From the NCBI GenBank assembly GCA_964016885.1, contig OZ024741.1:254882001-254946000 (forward strand): a stretch of DNA of 64,000 nucleotides, written 5' to 3'. Every line of letters starts with the position of its first letter. Position 1 is the stretch's first letter. The notes beneath the pieces are model-generated. The model had not been told where the DNA came from and did no database searches. It saw only the letters and a list, made by a program, of their open reading frames with translations. Both the position numbers and the translations under genes were made by a program. This DNA comes from Eledone cirrhosa (lineage: Eukaryota). This document shows positions 54,159-64,000 of the stretch, in pieces.

Positions 54159-55783
54159 GTTTCGCTTTACGGGTGTTTCGACTTACGAGTGTTTCGACAT
54201 ACGAGTGTTTCGACTTACGAATGTTTTTGCTAACGGGTGTTTCGACTTACGAATGTTTTTGCTTACGAGTGTTTCGGTTTACGAGTGTTCCGACTTACGA
54301 GTGTTCCGACTTACGAGTGTTTCGGCTTACAAGTGTTTCCGGCTTACGAGTGTTTCGACTTACGAGTGTTTCGACTTACGAGTGTTTTGACTTACGGTGT
54401 TTCGGCTTACGAGTGATTAGACTTACGAGTGTTTTGACTTACGGGTGTTTTGACTTACGGGTGTTGTGAATTACGAGTGTTCCGATTTACGAGTGTTTCG
54501 GTTTACGAGTGTTTTGACTTACGGTGTTTCGGCTTACAAGTGATTCGACTTACCAATGTTTTGACTTACGGGTGTTTCGGCTTGCGAGTGTTTCGACTTA
54601 CGAGTGTTTCGGCTTATGAGTGTTTCGACTTACTAATGTTTTTACTTACGAGTGTTTCGGCGTACGAGTGTTTTGACTTACGGGTGTTTCGGCTTACGAG
54701 TGTTTCGACTTACGAGTGTTTCGGCTTGCGAGTGTTTCGACTTACTAATGTTTTTACTTACGAGTGTTTCGGCGTACGAGTGTTTCGACTTACGAGTGTT
54801 TCGACTTACGGGTGTTTTGACTTACGGGTGTTTCGGCTTACGAGTGTTTCGACTTACGAGTGTTTTGACTTAAGGGTGTTTCGACTTACGAGTGTTTCGA
54901 CTTACGAGTGTTTCGACTTACGAGTGTTTCGGATTACGAGTGTTTTGACTTGAGGGTTTTCGACTTACGAGTGTTTCGATACGAGTGTTTCGACTTACGA
55001 GTGTTCTGACTTACGAGTGTTCTGATTTACGGATGTTTCGACACACGAGTTTTTCGAATTACGAGTGTTTCGACTTACGAGTGTTTCGACTTACGAATGT
55101 TCCGACTTACGGGTGTTTCGACTTACGAGTGTTTTGGCTTACGGTGTTTCGGCTTACGAGTGTTTCGAGTTACGAGTGTTTTGACTTACGCGTGTTTTGA
55201 CATACGAGTGTTTCGATACGAGTGTTCTGACTTACGAGTGTTCTGACTTACGAGTGTTCTGACTTACGAGTGTTCCGACTTTACGAGTGTTTCGGCTCAC
55301 GAGTGTTTCGGCTTACGAGTGTTTCGACTTACGAGTGTTTCGACATACGAGTGTTTCGGCTTACGAGTGTTTTGATTTACGAGTGTTTTGACTTACGGGT
55401 GCTTCGACTTACGCGTGTTTCGACTTACGTGTGTTTCGACTTCCGAGTGTTTCGACTTACGAGTGTTTCGGCTGGCGAGTGTTTCGACTTACGAGTGTTT
55501 TGACTTAAGGGTGTTTCGACTTACGAGTGTTTCGGCTTACGAGTGTTTCGACTTACTAATGTTTTTACTTACGAGTGTTTCGGCGTACGAGTGTTTCGAC
55601 TTACGAGTGTTTCGACTTACGGGTGTTTTGACTTACGCGTGTTTTGACATACGAGTGTTCTGACTTACGAGTGTTCTGACTTACGAGTGTTCTGACTTAC
55701 GAGTGTTCTGACTTACGAGTGTTCCGACTTTACGAGTGTTTCGGCTCACGAGTGTTTCGGCTTACGAGTGTTTCGACTTACGA

Positions 55784-55852
55784 AAATAACAAATAGACGC
55801 GGTTTCAAATCTCTATGCTTTTCAAATTCATTACATTAATCTTTATTTATAC
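55784..55852 (+). repeat. 69-bp spacer, type A
   Basis: Matches 938-1006. Confidence 0.95.
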
Positions 55853-56331
55853 GTTTCGCTTTACGAGTGTTTCGACTTACGAGTGTTTCGACATACGAGT
55901 GTTTCGACTTACGAATGTTTTTGCTTACGGGTGTTTCGACTTACGAATGTTTTTGCTTACGAGTGTTTCGGTTTACGAGTGTTCCGACTTACGAGTGTTC
56001 CGACTTACGAGTGTTTCGGCTTACGAGTGTTTCCAGCTTACGAGTGTTTCGACTTACGAGTGTTTCGACTTACGAGTGTTCAGACTTACGGGTATTTCGA
56101 CTTACGAGTGTTTTGCCTTACGGTGTTTCGACTTACGAGTGTTTCGAGTTAAGAGTGTTTTGACTTACGTGTGTTTTGTCATACGAGTGTTCTGACTTAC
56201 GAGTGTTCTGACTTACGAGTGTTCTGACTTACGAGTGTTCTGACTTACGAGTGTTCTGACTTACGAGTGTTCCGACTTTACGAGTGTTTCGGCTCACGAG
56301 TGTTTCGGCTTACGAGTGTTTCGACTTACGA

Positions 56332-56400
56332 AAATAACATATAGACGCGGTTTCAAATCTCTATGCTTTTCAAATTCATTACATTAATCATTATTTATAC
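56332..56400 (+). repeat. 69-bp spacer, type D (one extra substitution)
   Basis: Begins aaataacatatagacg; has taatcatt in place of taatcttt. Confidence 0.95.
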
Positions 56401-59264
56401 GTTTCGCTTTAGGAGTGTTTCGACTTACGAGTGTTTCGACATACGAGTGTTTCGACTTACGAATGTTTTTGCTTACGGGTGTTTCGACTTACGAATGTTT
56501 TTGCTTACGAGCGTTTCGGTTTACGAGTGTTCCGACTTACGAGTGTTCCGACTTACGAGTGTTTCGGCTTACGAGTGTTTCCGGCTTACGAGTGTTTCGA
56601 CTTACGAGTGTTTCGACTTACGAGTGTTTTGACTTACGGTGTTTCGGCTTACGAGTGATTAGACTTACGAGTGTTTTGACTTACGGGTGTTTTGACTTAC
56701 GGGTGTTGTGAATTACGAGTGTTCCGATTTACGAGTGTTTTGACTTACGGTGTTTCGGCTTACAAGTGATTCGACTTACGAATGTTTTGACTTACGGGTG
56801 TTTCGGCTTGCGAGTGTTTCGACTTACGAGTGTTTCGGCTTATGAGTGTTTCGACTTACTAATGTTTTTACTTACGAGTGTTTCGGCGTACGAGTGTTTT
56901 GACTTACGAGTGTTTCGACATACGAGTGTTTTGACTTACGAATGTTTTGACTTACGGGTGTTTCGGCTTACGAGTGTTTCGACTTACGAGTGTTTCGGCT
57001 TGCGAGTGTTTCGACTTACTAATGTTTTTACTTACGAGTGTTTCGGCGTACGAGAGTTTCGACTTACGAGTGTTTCGATTTACGGGTGTTTTGACTTACG
57101 GGTGTTTCGGCTTACGAGTGTTTCGACTTACGAGTGTTTTGACTTAAGGGTGTTTCGACTTACGAGTGTTTCGACTGACGAGTGTTTCGACATACGAGTG
57201 TTTCGGATTACGAGTGTTTTGACTTGAGGGTTTTCGACTTACGAGTGTTTCGATACGAGTGTTTCGACTTACGAGTGTTCTGACTTACGAGTGTTCTGAT
57301 TTACGGATGTTTCGACACACGAGTGTTTCGACTTCCGAGTGTTTCGACTTATGAGTGTTTCGACTTACGAGTGTTCTGACTTACGAGTGTTTTGACTTAC
57401 GGGTGTTTCGACTTACGGGTGTTTCGACTTACGAGTGTTTCGGCTTACGAGTGTTTCGACTTACTAATGTTTTTACTTACGAGTGTTTCGGTGTACGAAT
57501 GTTTTGACTTAAGGATGTTTCGACTTACGAGTGTTTCGACTTACGAGTGTTTCGGCTTACGTGAGTTTCGACTTAAGAGTGTTCTGATTTACGAGTGTTC
57601 TGACTTGCGGGTGTTCTGATTTACGAGTGTTCCGACTTACGAGTGTTTCGGCTTATGAGTGTTTCGACTTACGAGTGTTTCGGCTTACGAGTGTTTCGAC
57701 TTATGGGTGTTTCGACTTACGAGTGTTTTTACTTACGGTGTTTCGGCTTACGAGTGTTTCGATATACGAGTGTTTTGACTTACGGGTGTTTCGGCTTACG
57801 AGTGTTTCGACTTACGAGTGTTTCGGCTTACGAGTATTTCGACTTACTAATGTTTTTACTTACGAGTGTTTCGGCGTACGAGAGTTTTGACTTACGAGTG
57901 TTTCGACTTACGGGTGTTTCGGCTTATGAGTGTTTCGACTTACGAGTCTTTCGGCTTACGAGTGTTTCGACTTACGAGTGTTTTTACTTACGGTGTTTCG
58001 GCTTACGAGTGTTTCGACATACGAGTGTTTTGACTTACGGGTGTTTCGGCTTACGAGTGTTTCGACTTACGAGTGTTTCGGCTTACGAGTGTTTCGACTT
58101 ACTAATGTTTTTACTTACGAGTGTTTCGGCGTACGAGAGTTTTGACTTACGAGTGTTTCGACTTACGAGTGTTTTGACTTACGAATGTTTTGACTTACGG
58201 ATGTTTCGGCTTATGAGTGTTTCGACTTACGAGTGTTTCGGCTTACGAGTGTTCCGACTTACTAATCTTTTTACTTACGAGTGTTTCGGCGTACGACTGT
58301 TTCGACTTACGAGTGTTTCGACTTACGGGTGTTTTGACTTACGGGTGTTTCGGCTTACGAGTGTTTCGACTTACGAGTGTTTTGACGTAAGGGTGTTTCG
58401 CCTTACGAGTGTTTCGACTTACGAGTGTTTCGACTTACGAGTGTTTCGGATTACGAGTGTTTTGACTTGAGGGTTTTCGACTTACGAGTGTTTCGATACG
58501 AGTGTTTCGACTTACGAGTGTTCTGACTTACGAGTGTTCTGATTTACGGATGTTTTGACACACGAGTGTTTCGAATTACGAGTGTTTGACTTACGAGTGT
58601 TTTGACTTACGGGTGTTTTGACATACGAGTGTTTCGATACGAGTGTTTCGACTTACGAGTGTTCTGACTTACGAGTGTTCTGACTTACGAGTGTTTCGGC
58701 TTACGAGTGTTTCCAGCTTACGAGTGTTTCGACTTACGAGTGTTTCGACTTACGAGTGTTTTGACTTACGGTGTTTCGGCTTACAAGTGATTCGACTTAC
58801 GAATGTTTTGACTTACGGGTGTTTCGGCTTGCGAGTGTTTCGACTTACGAGTGTTTCGGCTTATGAGTGTTTCGACTTACTAATGTTTTTACTTACGAGT
58901 GTTTCGGCGTACGAGTGTTTTGACTTACGAGTGTTTCGACTTACGAGTGTTTTGACTTACGAATGTTTTGACTTACGGGTGTTTCGGCTTACGAGTGTTT
59001 CGACTTACGAGTGTTTCGGCTTGCGAGTGTTTCGACTTACTAATGTTTTTACTTACGAGTGTTTCGGCGTACGAGTGTTTCGACTTACGAGTGTTTCGAC
59101 TTACGGGTGTTTTGACTTACGGGTGTTTCGGCTTACGAGTGTTTCGACTTACGAGAGTTTTGACTTAAGGGTGTTTCGACTTACGAGTGTTTCGACTTAC
59201 GAGTGTTTCGACTTACGGGTGTTTCGACTTACGAGTGTTTTGGATTACGGTGTTTCGACTTACA

Positions 59265-60460
59265 AGTGTTTCGGCTTACGAGTGTTTTGACTTAAGGGTG
59301 TTTCGACTTACGAGTGTTTCGATACGAGTGTTTCGACTTACGAGGGTTTCGGCTTACGAGTGTTTCGACTTACGAGTGTTTCGACTTACGAGTGTTCTGA
59401 TTTACGGATGTTTCGACATACGAGTGTTTCGACTTACGAGTGTTTCGACTTACGAGTGTTTTGACTTACGGGTGTTTTGACATACGAGTGTTTCGATACG
59501 AGTGTTTCGACTTACGAGTGTTCTGACTTACGATTGTTCTGACTTACGAGCGTTCTGACTTACGAGTGTTTCGGCTTACGAGTGTTTCGGCTTACGAGTG
59601 TTTCGACTTACGAGTGTTTCGACTTACGAGTGTTCAGACTTACGGGTGTTTCGACTTACGAGTGTTTTGGCTTACGGTGTTTCGACTTACGAGTGTTTCG
59701 AGTTAAGAGTGTTTTGACTTACGCGTGTTTTGTCATACGAGTGTTCTGACTTACGAGTGTTCTGACTTACGAGTGTTCTGACTTACGAGTGTTCTGACTT
59801 ACGAGTGTTCTGACTTACGAGTGTTCCGACTTTACGAGTGTTTCGGCTCACGAGTGTTTCGGCTTACGAGTGTTTTGACTTAAGGGTGTTTCGACTTACG
59901 AGTGTTTCGATACGAGTGTTTCGACTTACGAGGGTTTCGGCTTACGAGTGTTTCGACTTACGAGGGTTTCGACTTACGAGTGTTCTGATTTACGGATGTT
60001 TCGACATACGAGTGTTTCGACTTACGAGTGTTTCGACTTACGAGTGTTTTGACTTACGGGTGTTTTGACATACGAGTGTTTCGATACGAGTGTTTCGACT
60101 TACGAGTGTTCTGACTTACGATTGTTCTGACTTACGAGCGTTCTGACTTACGAGTGTTTCGGCTTACGAGTGTTTCGGCTTACGAGTGTTTCGACTTACG
60201 AGTGTTTCGACTTACGAGTGTTCAGACTTACGGGTGTTTCGACTTACGAGTGTTTTGGCTTACGGTGTTTCGACTTACGAGTGTTTCGAGTTAAGAGTGT
60301 TTTGACTTACGCGTGTTTTGTCATACGAGTGTTCTGACTTACGAGTGTTATGACTTACGAGTGTTCTGACTTACGAGTGTTCTGACTTACGAGTGTTCTG
60401 ACTTACGAGTGTTCCGACTTTACGAGTGTTTCGGCTCACGAGTGTTTCGGCTTACGAGTG
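59265..60460 (+). repeat. Tandem duplication, period 588 bp
   Basis: Markers are cgaggg at 59341/59929, tgttcagact at 59631/60219 and gactttacg at 59828/60416. Confidence 0.88.
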
Positions 60461-60473
60461 TTTCGACTTACGA

Positions 60474-60542
60474 AAATAACATATAGACGCGGTTTCAAAT
60501 CTCTATGCTTTTCAAATTCATTACATTAATCTTTATTTATAC
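60474..60542 (+). repeat. 69-bp spacer, type D
   Basis: Begins aaataacatatagacg. Confidence 0.95.
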
Positions 60543-63500
60543 GTTTCGCTTTAGGAGTGTTTCGACTTACGAGTGTTTCGACATACGAGTGTTTCGACTT
60601 ACGAATGTTTTTGCTTACGGGTGTTTCGACTTACGAATGTTTTTGCTTACGAGCGTTTAGGTTTACGAGTGTTCCGACTTACGAGTGTTCCGACTTACGA
60701 GTGTTTCGGCTTACGAGTGTTTCCGGCTTACGAGTGTTTCGACTTACGAGTGTTTCGACTTACGAGTGTTCTGACTTACGGTGTTTCGGCTTACGAGTGA
60801 TTAGACTTACGAGTGTTTTGACTTACGGGTGTTTTGACTTACGGGTGTTGTGAATTACGAGTGTTCCGATTTACGAGTGTTTTGACTTACGGTGTTTCGG
60901 CTTACAAGTGATTCGACTTACGAATGTTTTGACTTACGGGTGTTTCGGCTTGCGAGTGTTTCGACTTACGAGTGTTTCGGCTTATGAGTGTTTCGACTTA
61001 CTAATGTTTTTACTTACGAGTGTTTCGGCGTACGAGTGTTTTGACTTACGAGTGTTTCGACATACGAGTGTTTTGACTTACGAATGTTTTGACTTACAGG
61101 TGTTTCGGCTTACGAGTGTTTCGACTTACGAGTGTTTCGGCTTGCGAGTGTTTCGACTTACTAATGTTTTTACTTACGAGTGTTTCGGCGTACGAGTGTT
61201 TCGACTTACGAGTGTTTCGATTTACGGGTGTTTTGACCTACGGGTGTTTCGGCTTACGAGTGTTTCGACTTACGAGTGTTTTGACTTAAGGGTGTTTCGA
61301 CTTACGAGTGTTTCGACTGACGAGTGTTTCGACTTACGAGTGTTTCGGATTACGAGTGTTTTGACTTGAGAGTTTTCGACTTACGAGTGTTTCGATACGA
61401 GTGTTTCGACTTACGAGTGTTCTGATTTACGGATGTTTCGACACACGAGTGTTTCGACTTCCGAGTGTTTCGACTTATGAATGTTTCGACTTACGAGTGT
61501 TCTGACTTACGAGTGTTTTGACTTACGGGTGTTTCGACTTACGGGTGTTTCGACTTACGAGTGTTTCGGCTTACGAGTGTTTCGACTTACTAATGTTTTT
61601 ACTTACGAGTGTTTCGGTGTACGAATGTTTTGACTTAAGGATGTTTCGACTTACGAGTGTTTCGACTTACGAGTGTTTCGGCTTACGTGAGTTTCGACTT
61701 AAGAGTGTTCTGATTTACGAGTGTTCTGACTTGCGGGTGTTCTGATTTACGAGTGTTCCGACTTACGAGTGTTTCGGCTTATGAGTGTTTCGACTTACGA
61801 GTGTTTCGGCTTACGAGTGTTTCGACTTATGGGTGTTTCGACTTACGAGTGTTTTTACTTACGGTGTTTCGGCTTACGAGTGTTTCGATATACGAGTGTT
61901 TTGACTTACGGGTGTTTCGGCTTACGAGTGTTTCGACTTACGAGTGTTTCGGCTTACGAGTATTTCGACTTACTAATGTTTTTACTTACGAGTGTTTCGG
62001 CGTACGAGAGTTTTGACTTACGAGTGTTTCGACTTACGGGTGTTTCGGCTTATGAGTGTTTCGACTTACGAGTCTTTCGGCTTACGAGTGTTTCGACTTA
62101 TGGGTGTTTCGACTTACGAGTGTTTTTACTTACGGTGTTTCGGCTTACGAGTGTTTCGACATACGAGTGTTTTGACTTACGGGTGTTTCGGCTTACGAGT
62201 GTTTCGACTTACGAGTGTTTCGGCTTACGAGTGTTTCGACTTACTAATGTTTTTACTTACGAGTGTTTCGGCGTACGAGAGTTTTGACTTACGAGTGTTT
62301 CGACTTACGAGTGTTTTGACTTACGAATGTTTTGACTTACGGATGTTTCGGCTTATGAGTGTTTCGACTTACGAGTCTTTCGGCTTACGAGTGTTTCGAC
62401 TTACTAATGTTTTTACTTACGAGTGTTTCGGCGTACGACTGTTTCGACTTACGAGTGTTTCGACTTACGGGTGTTTTGACTTACGGGTGTTTCGGCTTAC
62501 GAGTGTTTCGACTTACGAGTGTTTTGACTTACGGGTGTTTCGACTTACGAGTATTTTTGGCTTACGAGTGTTTCGACTTACGAGTGTTTTGACTTACGAG
62601 TGATTCGACTTACGAATGTTTTGACTTACGGGTGTTTCGGCTTGCGAGTGTTTCGACTTACGAGTGTTTCGGCTTACGAGTGTTTCGACTTACGAGTGTT
62701 TTGACTTACGGTGTTTCGGCTTACGAGTGTTTCGACTTACGAGTGTTTTGACTTACGGGTGATTTGACTTACGGGAGTTGTGAATTACGAGTGTTCCGAT
62801 TTACGAGTGTTTTGACTTACGGTGTTTCGGCTTACGAGTGATTCGACTTACGAATGTTTTGACTTACGGGTGTTTCGGCTTGCGAGTGTTTCGACTTACG
62901 AGTGTTTCGGCTTATGGGTGTTTCGACTTACTAATGTTTTTACTTACGAGTGTTTCGGCGTACGAGTGTTTTGACTTACGAGTGTTTCGACTTACGAGTG
63001 TTTCGACTTACGAGTGTTTCGGCTTACGTGAGTTTCGACTTAAGAGTGTTCTGATTTACGAGTGTTCTGACTTGCGGGTGTTCTGATTTACGAGTGTTCC
63101 GACTTACGAGTGTTTCGGCTTATTAGTGTTTCGACTTACGAGTGTTTCGGCTTACGAGTGTTTCGACTTATGGGTGTTTCGACTTACAGAGTGTTTTTAC
63201 TTACGGTGTTTCGGCTTACGAGTGTTTCGATATACGAGTGTTTTGACTTGCGGGTGTTTCGACGTACGAGTGTTTTGACTTACGAATGTTTTGACTTACG
63301 GGTGTTTCGGCTTACGAGTGTTTCGACTTACGAGTGTTTCGACTTACGAGTGTTTCGACTTACTAATGTTCTTACGAGTGTTTCGGCGTACGAGAGTTTT
63401 GACTTACGAGTGTTTCGACTTACGAGTGTTTCGACTTACGAGTGTTTTGACTTACGAATGTTTTGACTTACGGGTGTTTCGGCTTACGAGTGTTTCGACT

Positions 63501-64000
63501 TACGAGTCTTTCGGCTTACGAGTGTTTCGACTTACTAATGTTTTTACTTACGAGTGTTTCGGTGTACGAGTGTTTCGACTTACGGGTGTTTCGACTTACG
63601 GGTGTTTTGACTTACGGGTGTTTCGGCTAACGAGTGTTTTGACTTACGAGTGTTTTGACTTAAGGGTGTTTCGACTTACGAGTATTTTTGGCTTACGAGT
63701 GTTTCGACTTACGAGTGTTTTGACTTACGAGTGTTCTGATTTACGGATGTTTCGACATACGAGTGTTTCGACTTACGAGTGTTTCGACTATGAGTGTTTC
63801 GACTTACGAGTGTTTCGGCTTATGAGTGTTTCGACTTACGAGTGCTTCGGCTTACGAGTGTTTCGACTTACGAGTATTTCGGCTTAAGAGTGTTTCGACG
63901 TACGAATGTTTTGGCTTACGAGTGTTTCGGCTTATGAGTGTTTCGGCTTACGAGTGTTTCGACTTACGAGTGTTTCGGCTTACGAGTGTTTCAGTGTTTC

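Larger units (their letters stand above)
56060..62500 (+). repeat. Partial duplication of about 2.3 kb at offset 4126-4142 bp (about 56060-58350 versus about 60200-62500)
   Basis: Offsets are 56363/60505, 56766/60908 and 57392/61518. Shared variants are cgctttaggag, gactgacg, cgtgagttt and gatatacg. Confidence 0.85.
1..64000 (+). repeat. Tandem satellite DNA array, 16-bp monomer GACTTACGAGTGTTTC, single orientation, extends beyond both window ends
   Basis: The monomer is visible on every line. Common variants are TTTCGG, TTTTGA, TTCTGA, TTCCGA and TACGGG, and 14-, 15- and 17-bp indel monomers recur. No reverse-complement monomer (GAAACACTCGTAAGTC) was seen. Confidence 0.99.

Noticed and set aside
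80-63887. Hundreds of + strand ORFs encoding LRVFRLTSVSTYECFD-type repeats (up to 275 aa)
   Set aside because: The consensus 16-mer has no + strand stop codon and cycles through all three frames. Overlapping ORFs in every frame give the same peptide, stops arise wherever TGA variants fall, and indel monomers ignore frame. The minus strand has TAA in each monomer, which explains the absence of minus ORFs.
1-64000. CRISPR array
   Set aside because: The 16-bp units abut with no unique spacers, the 69-bp element is constant rather than variable, intervening tracts are 0.5-4 kb of satellite, and there are no cas genes or leader.
1-64000. Telomerase-made telomeric repeat (long yeast-type unit)
   Set aside because: The consensus has no G-tract, the array is at least 64 kb, and it has inherited variant patterns and HORs that indicate recombinational amplification rather than templated synthesis.

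Overview
The whole 64 kb window is one head-to-tail tandem satellite array on a single orientation, almost certainly eukaryotic heterochromatin, and it runs off both window edges. The consensus monomer is 16 bp, GACTTACGAGTGTTTC, with roughly 3,800 copies estimated from length. I see no credible genes, RNA genes, CRISPR array or intact transposon. All listed ORFs are artefacts: the monomer has no stop codon on the + strand, and 16 is not divisible by 3, so it reads through all three frames as the 16-aa cycle LRVFRLTSVSTYECFD. The only non-monomer sequence is one 69-bp AT-rich spacer, present in 39 counted copies, always in the same orientation, and falling into four variants. Diagnostic variant monomers reveal nested higher-order repeats (HORs) at 160, 318/556, 588, 1198, about 3100-3200, 3938, about 4140, 5472 and about 5770-6970 bp. 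The most interesting hypothesis, which is inference and needs a database search, is that the monomer derives from the subterminal transposase-binding repeats of a pogo/Tigger-type DNA transposon. A common variant also resembles a CENP-B box core that is 2 bp short. All coordinates and counts were read by eye.
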